DNA of 63,968 bases, counting the filler, from Gonapodya sp. JEL0774 (lineage: Eukaryota), in assembly GCA_027604505.1 (NCBI GenBank). It is 5 parts of 5 records of this genome, joined end to end, with 100 filler letters (N's around TTAATTAATTAA, not from the genome) between each part and the next. Parts side by side here need not be neighbours in the genome. Positions count along the whole stretch, not along the records: positions 13,341 to 26,546 come from JADIIX010000330.1; 4 more parts are not named here. One strand, written 5' to 3'. Position numbers and translations under genes: made by a program. The notes beneath the pieces were generated by a model, which saw nothing but the letters and a program-made list of their open reading frames with translations, had not been told where the DNA came from and searched no databases. Below, piece by piece: positions 14,445 to 26,646 of the stretch; position 1 is the first letter of the stretch; each line of letters opens with the position of its first letter.

Positions 14445-15053
14445 GGGTGGTGGGTTTGTAAGGTGCAGGGATGGGGTGGTGTTGGTTGAGTGAGGAGAGG
14501 TGGCGTGTGGTGGACGGCGGGGTAGGGACGTGCGTGAATTCAGGAAAGCAGGAACAACGAGTGGGAACGCATAGGCTGAGCAGACACGATTTCCGATTTG
14601 AGTCGGACAGCGGAGTCGTAGTATTTATACCCGGTAGAGTTGGCATCGATACCCGAAGCCCCCGGCAGCACTTGTCTTGGAGAAACCTTACGAGGACATG
14701 AGAACAGTCACACGATGTACGAGATAGATGTGGGCTTTTTTTGGCACACGTGGTGTAATCGCTATTTCGGTCGTACACGCATGGTGCCCGCGTCGAGAAC
14801 GTGCGCATCCATCCACGGATCAACTTCGACGCTTCGAAGCTCCAGCAAAACATTGTTATGTTGATTCCCGGTCCTGATTTGGTCGGGCGAATGATGCTGT
14901 TACCTGAGCGTAAATATATTGAAACGGCGAGACGGATCACCGACGACATTGGGGCCGCGGCGACAGCACTCGCCATTAGTTGGGAACACATAAAAACGAG
15001 GGAATACTCGGCCAAGAAAAGACTGTCGTTTCATCTCTACTGTCGCCTTACTG

Positions 15054-16341
15054 ATGCGAGAAGAGAATCCGCCGGATTGCTGCACAACTGGATACGTGTT
15101 CGCAGGGTATGTAACGAATACATTGCAACTTGATTCCGGGCACGTTTCTCCTATTTGATCGGCGATGTACTCAACTTCAGCACGCCCAAGGGCAAAGAAG
15201 AAAAGCTGAACGGTCTCGACTGCTACGTTGCGCTTCCTGCAGGTACGATTCGTCTCCCTCTGGCCATCGGCGATCATCAATATCCTGACCGCCTGCCGAT
15301 TCCCATCACCAGACGGTTCCCACGAGCGGGCTGTTCTCATATGCCATGACATCTTTGGATGGACGACGGTCAATACGAGGATCGTGGCAGACGCGATCGC
15401 GGAGGTGGGAGTGGCGGTGTACGTTCCTGGTGAGAGACGTGCGAGATTGCGGTTGTTGTATTGAATCGATGACGGCTCACAGGAAACCTGAATGGACTGT
15501 TTCCGTGTCATTGAAAGACTTCTTTGCTGGTGTTCCGGCGATCGCGGCGGACTCCCTCGACATCGCTTTCGTTCCCGAAACGACGGCTTTAGGGAGGCTA
15601 TGGCAAGTCGGACGAGGTAGGTTCGCTACAGAAAACTGTTATGAACACTGGTCGTGCTTTCTGAGTGTCGTTTTCAGCTCTCTATGCTTTGCCGACCATG
15701 GCTCGAGCGAGATGGGGCATGGGTCCTCAGTACCCGGAGCTGGCAAGAAAGTTCGCGACGTTTCTCAAGGAAGAGCACGGGGTGAAGAAGCTTGGAGCTA
15801 TTGGGTACTGTCTCGGAGGACAGTGAGTGTTCACAAAGGATCTGCCGAACGCGAGTCAGGATGTTTCACCTCTTCTCTCCACCACGCCAGCGCTGCCTTG
15901 CTCCTGGGGGAGTCAGAGACACCTTTGGTCGACTGCTGCGGTGAAGCTCACTCTGGCGACTGGCAGAAACCTCCCTCCAAGGACGCCGAGGACCTCAAAG
16001 TTCCGGCGCTCTTTGTGTTTTCACACGTCGACCGGCCTCTTCCTGACGCGGACAGGGACGAGATAGTCACAGTGCTCAAGAGGAGGAATGGAGAGGCGAA
16101 GACCAGAGATTGGTTCGACTATCACATGTGAGCTCCTGAACACTGCACTGTGATGTGTCTGACTTTTGTTGGGCGAGGTTGAATGCAAACACCTCAAACT
16201 TTTCGACTCAGTTATGCTCCAGGTACGATCCATGGCTTTGCTATTCGGTGCGACGAGAGAGACGACGTGCAGCGGCGGGAGCGTGATTTGTCGCTTGCCA
16301 ACACCAAGGCGTTTTTCAAGAAATGGCTCGTGGGCTCGTAG
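15054..16341 (+). CDS. Dienelactone hydrolase family alpha/beta hydrolase (multi-exon)
   Basis: PDCCTTG N-terminus, AVLICHDIFGW...NTRIVADAIA, nucleophile GYCLGG, and GTIHGFAIR near the C-terminus. Exons are joined by GT-AG introns. Confidence 0.88.
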
Positions 16342-16543
16342 GATACTGAAGACGCAGAAGCGATAATAGGGGTTATTTTGTACAACAGATCTTCATATCA
16401 TAGAGAGCAGAAGTGTCCCGTAACGAAAAACAGGAGTGGTCCTTGCGGGTGATTCCCCGGCTCAGCTGAACTCAGTTTGTGGTTATGAAATGCTGCAGGC
16501 CACATACTGAGATATCTCAATCCTTCAACCTCGAAGCTGTGCG

Positions 16544-17959
16544 ATGGAGACGCTCCCGACGGAAATAGCATCGCGCATTTTCCGCCTTCTTCCTCCCAAG
16601 ACGTTTTATGGCTCCTTGCCCCAGGTGAACCGAGCTTGGAACACACTCGCCAAAGCAGCGTTTCCAGGGAGCGATGGTCGACCTGTGTTCCACATCCGCA
16701 TCTGGTCCTGGAATCGAGAAAAATTATACCAGCAAGGCAGAATACCGGCTGTGGCGATTCTTTCCTCTTTTCAGGCCGATGTTGACGAGTTCGGTAAGGC
16801 ACTCTGGATTGCCGGGGAGATCCGAATCGAGTTGAATTGGCCAATGGCGAGCGCTGCTACCACACCGGAACACGAAATTTCCAGTGCGATTATTGAGATG
16901 GCTGTAAAGGCCTTGGGCTGTCATGAGTTTCTGGTCGCATCATTTGGAGCTGACTTCTTGAATCCTGTACGACCAATGTTCCGAAGCCCGGCAGAAATTT
17001 CATACATCTGTCGGCTTCTCAAGGCCATAAAAGTACGCCGAGTAGCTCTCAATCGGGAATTTCTGGGGCCATGGGCGGATTACCCGGACAGTCGGATTCC
17101 AGTACCCAACGTCAGAGAGGTCTACTTGTCGCCCTTCGGATCATCCATGAGTTGGGGGAGTTTGATCGAAACCGCCGCAAAGGCATTTCCAGGAGCTTCG
17201 ATCATGGTGAACCGGTTGGAGGAGGGAGTTGGGATGGGGAGTTCTGCCATCGAATCTGCACGAGAGTTGGCTCGCTGCACTCAAATGGACCCGTCTGGTG
17301 AAATCTTTCGGCGAAAAGTTACTGGGACGAGGTTCGTGCCACCATGCCTGCCACCTTTTTTCCAATGCGTGACGACCCACGCCATGGGGGCAAGGGGTCT
17401 GTCCCCCTCTGTGTTTCCACATCTAGTCAAACTTGGAGCATTCACCCTCGGGGGAAGAACACTGCAATGGCTGAAAAGCAACGAGGATGTGAAGATTCTT
17501 GAATCGGTCCGACAGTTTGAAATTGTGACCTGCATTCAACATCAACATCTGTCCAGCGAAAATACTTTGAGTCAAATTGGTCTGGCACTTGCAGAGAGAA
17601 TGCCCAATCTTGTTTCCATATCCGTGACCGTACAAGAGTGTCATTGGAAATTATCCGGTGACCAGAACTGGACTTGGTCTCCGTCCGTTGACTTTGATGC
17701 ATTTTGCTGGGAAACTTTTTGCCGTAGAGCACCTGCAACAAAGTTTGAGATTCGAATGGCGCCATGGAGCCGCATGTGGCATTTGAAAAGGAATGTGGCT
17801 AAAACTCCGAGGGACTATGCAAATTTGATTGCGGGGGCAGTCAAGAGGACGGGCAAAGTGTGCGTGAATCGCTGGGATGAGGACTACGAGCTCGGAAAGG
17901 ATCCTATTCGAGAATTAGAGAGGGATTGGGGTTATCGCATTTGTGGACCCACCGATTAG
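16544..17959 (+). CDS. F-box-like domain protein (intronless, 471 aa)
   Basis: N-terminal METLPTEIASRIFRLLP...LPQVNRAWNTLA fits the F-box consensus. The rest is unrecognised. Confidence 0.65.
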   Translation: METLPTEIASRIFRLLPPKTFYGSLPQVNRAWNTLAKAAFPGSDGRPVFHIRIWSWNREKLYQQGRIPAVAILSSFQADVDEFGKALWIAGEIRIELNWPMASAATTPEHEISSAIIEMAVKALGCHEFLVASFGADFLNPVRPMFRSPAEISYICRLLKAIKVRRVALNREFLGPWADYPDSRIPVPNVREVYLSPFGSSMSWGSLIETAAKAFPGASIMVNRLEEGVGMGSSAIESARELARCTQMDPSGEIFRRKVTGTRFVPPCLPPFFQCVTTHAMGARGLSPSVFPHLVKLGAFTLGGRTLQWLKSNEDVKILESVRQFEIVTCIQHQHLSSENTLSQIGLALAERMPNLVSISVTVQECHWKLSGDQNWTWSPSVDFDAFCWETFCRRAPATKFEIRMAPWSRMWHLKRNVAKTPRDYANLIAGAVKRTGKVCVNRWDEDYELGKDPIRELERDWGYRICGPTD

Positions 17960-18296
17960 CCGGCGGGGCGGCCATGTTGGGTTTACTTAACGTTGCAGTT
18001 ATTATGCAATGTGTTCAATAGCCTCAATCGTAGTTATCTTCCATTTTCTCTACGTTTGTACGACGTATTCTTGGGTGAATAATATCGTCGTCCACATCGC
18101 AATACTGTAATGATGGAATCGCACTTTCAGACGACTCAACTGAGATTTGCTTATCATCCGCGTTACTCATATCTGCGGGGTTCTTTTGTGGTGGTGTAGA
18201 TGAACAATTGGTATGGAGAAACAAGTGCGGTGTTGATCGGCTTATTTTGTTAGGCTTTCACCGATATCCTTCCGGCCACTCGAAGAGAGCTATACG

Positions 18297-20687
18297 ATGC
18301 CTGTCGCTTCTGCAATTGTTCCGCGAGCGAAATCTGGAATCACTCTTTCCCTTGCACGTCTCGCGTCCTCGTACGGCAGCCCATCCGCGTCATCTGTCGT
18401 GAAAACCGCCGTCGCGAGCTCGGCTTTTCCAGCTCGATTGCACGAGGATGTTGTCACGTTGACGAAGCAATGTATTCTGGACACCGTTGCTGTGACGATC
18501 GCTGCTAACGGAGATCCGCTTGTGGATATCTTGCAAGAGGAGTTGGTGGAGCAGGTGCGTGGAAGTTTTATTGGTTCCGACAGAAGGAGGGGACGCACAA
18601 TATCGATGAAATTTTTTCAAGAAAACAATCGAAGTCAATGAGTCGACTTCGTCCCTCGCCATGATGTTCGGATTTGGGTCGTCATCGGTTGAATTGAGGT
18701 TGAACAGCCAACGGACTAAAATGATCCCCAATATCTATGAAATTCACCTATCAGGGTGGCAAGCCCGTTGCTTCTGTTTGGGGATCGAAGTTGCGGCTAC
18801 CCACGACTAGCGCAGCTCTGCTCAATGGAACCAAGTCACATGGTAAGTCCTGCTAACAATGAGGTCAAACATTTGCTCAATGCAAACCTAGTTCCACCTC
18901 TCTAATCACTCATACAGCTCTCGACTATGATGACGTCAACTTTGCGTGAGAATAATTTCACATTTTTGTTCCACGGAGCGAGATCAGTTGACTGACTAAC
19001 CGGATGTACTTTTGATCAGCATCCTTGGCCACCCCTCAGTCGCCACGCTGCCACCACTAATCGCTCTAGCCGAGGAGAAACCTGAAGTCGTCGGATGGGA
19101 GCGTTTTGTTCGGTCGTTTGTTGCGGCTTATGAAGTTATGTGCAGATTGGGAATGCTTCTGGAACCGGACCACTGTTGGTATCCGGAGAGTCCGGTTCCC
19201 GTCAAGACGAGAAAGAAATTGACGACTTGTTTCTTTGTTCCTAAAGCGGGGCGGGGGGGGGGGGGGGGGGCCGCGGCGGGGGCGGGCCGCGCGGGGGGGG
19301 GCGCGGGCGGGGGGGGGGGCGGGCGCCGGCGGGGGGGGCCGGGGGGGGGGCGGGGGGGGCGNNNNNNNNNNCCCCACCCCCAACTAGATGACGGTCGCGG
19401 TTTCCATGCCACAGGAACTCTTGGTGCACTCGGGGCAGCCGCTGGCTGCAGTGTTGCTTTGAATCTGGGCGAGGAGGAAACAGCACATGCAATCGGTATC
19501 GCTGCAGCGCAAGCTGCAGGACTGAAGGTGCGGCCTTTCAACGCTCCGTTCTATATAGTCAACAGTTTTACCAACACGCACGCGCACATCATCAGGGCCT
19601 CTTCGGCACCCATTGCAAACCCCTTCACGCCGGTCGCGCTGCGCAGAATGGACTCTCGGCTGCTCGTCTGGCTGCAAAAGGTTTCAAGTCACGGATTGAC
19701 GCGATTGAGTGTGACCAAGGTGAGAGCAATAACGTTAATTCCTTGCATGCACGTGAGCGTTCTCTTATCAAGTTCGGACTAACGTTTAATTTGCTTTCCT
19801 CGCGTGCCATCAAACAAATGCGCTGGGCTCGTTTGAAGGTTTCGCATCCTCGCACTCGTCAGACTTCTACCCCGATCGTTGTCTGGCCACGCCCGAGAAC
19901 GACATTGGGCTCCACCTGCGGAACAACCTGTTTAAATACCATGCGTCGTGCTATCTTACAGTGAGTATGCCTGTGATGCTACAAGTCCAGACAGCCTCGA
20001 CGTAACATTCGCCGAAATGTTTTGAGTTTACGAGGTGCGATACTCATCAGCAGTTTCATTTATAGCATGCCCCCATCGAATGCGCACTCAAATGTCGCGC
20101 TCAGCTTGGGAATGCACTGGTCAGTGCCAAAGACATTACCAAGCTTAAATTGATTATCGACAAGACCACAAGGTGAGGAAGACAGCCAAATATTTTGCAT
20201 TATGATCGTTTAAGTTCATCATCGAAAATGCACCACCGCACTGCATCCATTTCTCAGTCGTGTCTGCAATATCCCTCAACCCGTATCGGGCCTCGAAGCA
20301 AAGTTTTCACTTCGCGTGACGGTGGCGGCAGCTCTCCGAGCCATTGATACCTCCCGCATGGACGTATGGACCGCCGAGCTCTGTACTGATCCTGAGGTAG
20401 TGGCACTTCGGGATGTTATGGATATCGAATTTAGGGACTCATGGGATCCCGCTGGATCAAAATCCATACTCGAAGTGGAGCTGAAAGATGGACGAAAGCT
20501 GACTGCCGACCACGACTCTTCCGTTCCCGCCGCGGATCTGAACGAGCAATGGGCGAGGTTGGAGGCAAAGGCTGTGGGATTGGTTGGACCGGTCTTGGGT
20601 CAAGAGAGGGCAGCGAAGTTGACGGAGGTGGTCAAGGGACTTGGGGAGAAGTACAGTTTGGGTGATTTGAAGCAGGTCTGGGAATGA
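18297..20687 (+). CDS. MmgE/PrpD family protein (multi-exon)
   Basis: CILDTVAVTIA, AALLNGTKSH|ALDYDD, GHPSVATLP, GFHATGTLGALGAAA, FGTHCKPLHAGRAAQNG, FKYHASCY and EAKFSL are MmgE/PrpD motifs. One intron contains a low-quality G-run and Ns (19247-19371). Confidence 0.9.
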
Positions 20688-21048
20688 TCAAGGTCATAAT
20701 ATTTTCCCTCGTACTAGTTGCTGAAGAGCGTTTTACCAATCGGGGAATCATATTTTGTCCGAGATCAGTTATAATGGTGGTAATAACGGAAGATTGGTTT
20801 GAATCAAATCGTTCATCGTCTTCAGATCGACCCTCGGCAGTTTCGTTGTCACACGCATTGTGAGGATAGAAAAGACAAGTTTGGGAAGTATTATACAACA
20901 GTATCGCGGTGAATGAGTACTACAAATTTGCTGGAAACAACATGCTGTTTAGACACATATGCACATGCAAGGGTGGGCTGCAAGCCAACAAGCTCATATA
21001 CGAAATGAATGTCCGACCTGCACACTTCCACTGCTCCCATCGCACTGA

Positions 21049-22819
21049 TCACCGTCTCCGCCTTTTCCCGCCGGCTGCATTTCGCCCTCCGTCACTTCCA
21101 TACTTGTTGTCGTCATAGTCCTCTGCCGTCGCTAAACGCAAAGCCTCTTTGTATCTTGCCACATCTCTCTCCCTCTTTCGCTCTTCCTCCGCCTCATCCA
21201 CGTCGTCAATACTCCCGTTTTGCGCCCTGGGTCCACTGGTCGCAGCCCCATCACCCATGAGTTCTTGATTCCTCGCCGCCAACGCCTCATGCCAGTCCCA
21301 ACCCTCTCCTTCTCCCGCCCCGTCCTCTTCATCAGTATCCTCTCTTAATGGGGCTCGCCACGCCAACTCGGGTGTATTCCGTCGCAACGGGCCTTCCGCT
21401 TCGAACGGCCACCTGAGGGTGAGTGTAACGGGACAGTGGTCAGATCCTTCGTGAGTGGTGAGAATGAAGGAAGAGAGCGTGAGGCGGGTGTGGAGGGCCG
21501 TGGTGAGGAGAAAGTAGTCGACCTGATGAGTTGAGGCGCGCGGGTTACTCAAATGCTACAACTCTGATGGAGAACTCTGCGTACCCGACAACCTTTGTTG
21601 CTGGCACGCTTGCCGGTATACTGATCCCAATAACTGAAGCGCACGAAGGCACAAACGGGACAAGTCGAAAATTTGTCCGTTTCGAGGAGCGTTGATTCTC
21701 TGGTATCGATTACCTGAAAGTGTTTCGCTCATCCTTGTTCGCCTCACGCCATGGATCCACCATGCGTGCTTCCTTCTTCAGTCGCTCAATGTATTTGGAT
21801 CCAACGGTCGAGAGTTTTCCTTCTTTGATATATATGTCGTCGTTTTGGTACACGTCTAGAGCCATAAAGAACGGGTTTGAGAACTTGCGGTAGCGCGGAC
21901 GCAGGTAGTAAAGCACCGAATTGAACACCCACCTTTGCTTGAGGGTATTGTGTTCCAGTCTCCCACTACGATGACCTCGCGACCAGACCGTGTCAGCTCC
22001 ACGACGCGGTCTCTCAGGACGTCTGTGAATACACCCCAGTAATCTCGTCGAGCAGCCGAGGAAGGGTTTGGGACACTGAATGCCAAACAAGGAGGTATTT
22101 GAAATGCGAAAGCGGGGGATGCCGTACACGGGTCGGATTCGTTCCTCTCGAGACCTTCCAACGCAAATCGCAGCAGAGACAAGTAGTCCTCTCCCTATTA
22201 GAACTTACTAGATATTGATGAGTACAAACTCTCCAAAGTCCACTGTGACTGCCCTTCCTTCCTCCCTGTCCACTGGCGGCCTTCGAAAGCCAACTTCCAC
22301 TGACAGAGCCAGTCCTTTGCGAGCGTAGGTTACGACGCCAGAATAACCTGTCTTGCTCGCGGAGAAGGACCAGAAACTGTCCTGCAGCGTGGTGAGCGCA
22401 GTTTCCGTACCACGGAGCAAACGCACGCACCGGCTAAAAGAGCTTCGCAATGACGACAGACACAGAACTCACATAGCCTGGAACAGATATACGTGTCGAT
22501 GTGACATTGGACGGATTTCTCAGGTCGACTTCCGAAATTTTAGTCTCCTAGTTGTGAACAAGATGATCCTTCTACGTAGTCCAAATGTAACACCAGCCCG
22601 GATCAACCTCACTTGAAAGCACACGATATCCGCACCCCACTTCTGAAACCAAATCCTCAAGGCTTTCTCGGGTTCGGTGGACTTGGTCGTTTTTGCAGCA
22701 AGACGGCGGATCTGACTTGAGATTCCACATACGTTCCAGGATAGAATGTTTAGAGAACGGGGGGAGCCCGATGCAGTCGACGAGATACATTGTTGGGGTG
22801 GGTCCGGCGAACTTGACAT
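21049..22819 (-). CDS. ExoIII/APE-family AP endonuclease (Apn2/APE-like, EEP fold), multi-exon
   Basis: LNILSWNVCGI, ADIVCFQ, GYSGVVTY, DREEGRAV, VIVVGDWN, MVDPWR, VDYFL and GSDHCPV. Confidence 0.9.
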
Positions 22820-23581
22820 CGACTTGACGAACGATGCTGTGAAAGGTCCGCCGCGCTCAACTCTTCCGTGTTCTCTCAGTGTGTCTTCACCTTCAAGCCT
22901 GACACCACTCAGACCACAGCAGTCGTACATCGGTGAAATGTCCATTTGACAACTCATGAAAGATGCTACTGTATTCAAAAGATTTTCATTTTTACCAGCA
23001 TGATATAGATTCTAAGTTTTCAATCCGGATGTTCTCATTTGGTCCGAGAAACGCCTCCACCCAGTTCGCACTAGTGTAGGGAATTGTTCCGTGAGCGATC
23101 GCTTTACGTACATAAGCATATGTGAACGGACTCGAGGAAAGAGACTCCTCAATACCGATGATCACAGGCAAACTTCATCGAGAGTGAGCGGCCGGGCCGG
23201 CGGATGATAAGACTGACACAGTTGTTATCGCTGTGTCCGCTCTCCGGGGGACCCATAATGTTAACGTAATTGAATTGGCATTGTGGTGAACGCTTCATCA
23301 GCTCTTAGTGGGATCCGTAATGTTTTATAATAGAATGCCAAAAGTGGAAACGCTGGCGTCATCTCATCACCAAATCGGGCGAGCGTTTACACAAAGGCTT
23401 GCAAACAAACTCAAAGTCACATGCAGCCAACCCTGGGAAAGAGAAAACGATTGGTACCTCAATTTCCGATCCGGAGATCCAGCTGAATCTGGTCCGATTG
23501 CAAGCCAACGATGCCGTCAAGGATTTAAAGCTGGTCACTTCTGCTTCTGCTAGTATCATTTCAGAGCTCTGCGCTTCACTT

Positions 23582-24528
23582 ATGTTCTCTTTCCGCATCC
23601 TTTCTGTGTTCATTGCCGCGATGCCCGCTCTGATCCGCACCATTCATGCGGATCCCACCACGGATCTGTGTTGTCTGACCAATGCCGCTCGCGCAGCACA
23701 GGGCTTGCCTCCCATGGGCATATCGGGGTAAGTTGGACTGCCCTTAATGGGAATGGTTTCCTTTTTCTCTGGGTGACAACACCTCATAGCTATGATGGCA
23801 CTGATTCAGTTGTTACGATATTGTAGTACTCTCGCCTCCTCTGCGGAGTTTCACTCTTCCGATCAAGCATCCATGGGATCTACTTCGCACTTTGGCAGTG
23901 ACGGATCTAACCCTTTGACGCGAATCGGGAACCTTGGCACGTAAGTCGGAAAGTGTTCACTGGAGAACTTCCTGGACGACCTCTTGATCGCTAACCTTCC
24001 ACTTCTACCTTACTGCACAAGACAAATCTCAGAGAACGTAGCAGGGTGAGATGCTGGTGGGGGTATCGCACAGTGCTCTCTTGCTGGTCTGACGGTAAAC
24101 CTTGGCACAGCGGCTTTAACGACCCATTCACCGTCTTTTCTGCCTGGATGGACTCGCCCGGTCATCGTGCGGCGATTATGGGACCGTTCAACTGTCAGGG
24201 CTCCGCCATGGTGAATGGGTGAGAATCTCCATTCTGGTAAAGCTTTCGGAAGTTCATGTACTCTAGCTCTCACTGCACATTTCGATCCTCCTATCCATCT
24301 TTCAGATTCTTCACCCAAGATTTCGCGTTCGAACCCTCGGGGTGCCCAATACCCTCTTGTGGTGGAGTTGCCCGACGTTCTCACCCTCGTGACTTCGCCT
24401 CGTCCGCTGTCGCCAAAGACGTGAACGCTGCAAGTGCCACTGAAGGTGCCAAGACTGTTTCCACTGCGGCACCGGCTCGAAACATCGGAACTGTGTGGAT
24501 ATCGGAGGGTTTGTTGGACCTGGATTAG
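23582..24528 (+). CDS. Secreted CAP/SCP (PR-1/YkwD-like) domain protein, multi-exon
   Basis: Signal-like MFSFRILSVFIAAMPALI, then LTNAARAAQGLPPM, AEFHSSDQ...SHFGSDGS, ISENVA, AWMDSPGHRAAIM and FFTQDF. The ORF track misses it because of short exons. Confidence 0.85.
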
Positions 24529-24876
24529 CTCCATGTGGTGATTGGCTGCGTGTTCAATCGTGGGGACATGTGTGTAAATAGAAACTACAGACAAGAAAAG
24601 GACAGAGTATTTTGCCACTTTACAGTCGAGGAGGATTCTGAATACGAAAAACGATTTATCGCTCAAAAACAACTCTAGTTCTTCGACACGTATTGCACAT
24701 TTTATTGTGAATGAGAGGTAGGCACTACGCGCAAGAACTAACTCAAATGCTATCTCTATTAAGAACGGTATGTTGTCCGCTGGCTATCCCTGTTTGAAGA
24801 TACAACCCAATACGCGAATGTAGCACACGAGTGCTTATCCCAAAAGTCACCGAAATCCGCCGACAAGTGAGTGTCA

Positions 24877-26048
24877 CTAAACCATATCATCACTCCGACC
24901 TCCCACCGTAGTTTGGCTCGAACCCCGGCTCCCGTTCCCACTTTGCTCTTTTGATCCAGATTTCCTCCCGATGGCATGCATCGCAGTGGAAACAATGTTC
25001 CTGTGCTTTTCTTCGGGCCGCTCTGGTTCTTCGAAGCGATATCGGCAGTGCATACAGACGTGGGCACCGATTTTGTAGTCCTGGTAAGAACAAATGGGGT
25101 CGAAATATTAACGCGCTGCTGGATGGAGGCTGTGTTCGGTTTTCCCAGGCCACTCACACCGAGACAGTCAGGACATTGTTTGGTGGGGTGGGGTACTGGG
25201 TAGACCAAAATAATGAGTTTGAAGAGACCGAACATAACGAGAGATGTGATGAGGAAGGTGACTGATCAGGCGAGATCAGCAAAGTGAAGCAACCATGAGG
25301 TGAGGCACGTCATCCAACGGTTCAAACGAACAGCAGGGAAACTCACTCAAGACATTCAGAAAGTCTCCGTAGTTCCATGTGATCTGGTGTCCGCGAAGAA
25401 TTTTCACGAGGGGTCCAAAAGGCACGATTAACGGCTAAGAATGGCGCGGACAATGGTCCAAGCAAACAACTGTCTCACCGCTCCATCTGCCTTCGCCTGC
25501 ACCAATGTATTGTACCGGCTCCCTAACGCTGTGTAATTAGCCCCTGGACGGAGGACTACATGTGAGTCCGGGAGGGAGGACTGGTATGTCGCGAGGGCGA
25601 TGAAAGGAGTGAAGAGATCCGTGACGACGGCAGTTACAACGGCGTTGAACGCGGCGCCTGAGATAGAATGTAGAGTTGAGATTGCATGAATGGAGAATCA
25701 TTATGTCTGTCCCTCGTTCCTGTCCAACTTCGCTGTGTCGGCCCCAAACGCCATTGATATCATTGTCACCTCATAATGAGCTCCCGACGCCCCATCACCC
25801 ATCCAAACCCAGCAATTATTTCAGAACTCACCCATAATAACCGCAATCGCCAAGTCCACAACATGACCTCTCAAGACAAAGGCCCGAAAATCTTTCAGCA
25901 ACGACGTGGTCCCTCCGTAGACTGCCTTTGCGCCCTTCTTGGCACCGCTCGCCGTTCTGCCAGCCATATTTTGAATTTGACCAGAAAAATGGCGGTCGGA
26001 TGAGGTAGAATCAGAAAGAGGGAGCATTGGGACGCGAGCGGTGTCCAT
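24877..26048 (-). CDS. mscL: Large-conductance mechanosensitive channel MscL-like protein with C-terminal CxxC..CxxC, spliced
   Basis: LLKDFRAFVLRGHVVDLAIAVIMG, AAFNAVVTAVVTDLFTPFI, ITWNYGDFL and TKQCPDCLG|DYKIGAHVCMHC. Start is at 26048 or 25967. Confidence 0.88.
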
Positions 26049-26546
26049 GGAGTTGTCGCGGTCGGCAGATGGCGATGGCATTGGCGATGTAACTGAGAGA
26101 AACAAGGAGCACACAAACAGTGCGGTATGGGGTTGACAGGAGTTCAGAGTGCTTTGATGGTTGTCTCAGGTCGCAAAGGTTGGGTTTTGTTGAGGGTCGC
26201 CAAAAACAGCCAACGTGATGCGTTGAGGCTCGATCAAGCCAGGCCACATCACCCCATGCCGCTTCTCACATCCGGAAGCAAAACGCACGAATTGTCGCCT
26301 GGTCTTGGCGGGACCATTTGTATCACCAGGGGATACAGGTGTTTTGAAAAGTCAAGTTCTTGTATCCGTTCGACCAGCGCACAGTATTACTCTGGTCTGG
26401 TCTCAATATCAAATTCTCAACTTCTGTTCATTTCTTACTGCAATCGTCACTGGGTGCTCGGGAATCTTTGCTGTTCCCGAGATTTTGTAAGCGTACAATC
26501 GGTTCAACCAGTACAGCCGTCCTTGTGGAGAACTCTATAACGCTCC

Positions 26547-26646
26547 NNNNNNNNNNNNNNNNNNNNNNNNNNNNNNNNNNNNNNNNNNNNTTAATTAATT
26601 AANNNNNNNNNNNNNNNNNNNNNNNNNNNNNNNNNNNNNNNNNNNN
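26547..26646. other. Artificial contig spacer
   Basis: 44 N + TTAATTAATTAA + 44 N. Confidence 0.97.

Noticed and set aside
19247..19371. Gly-rich/Pro-rich ORFs from a G/C run
   Set aside because: Low-quality G-run next to Ns inside an intron of the MmgE/PrpD gene.
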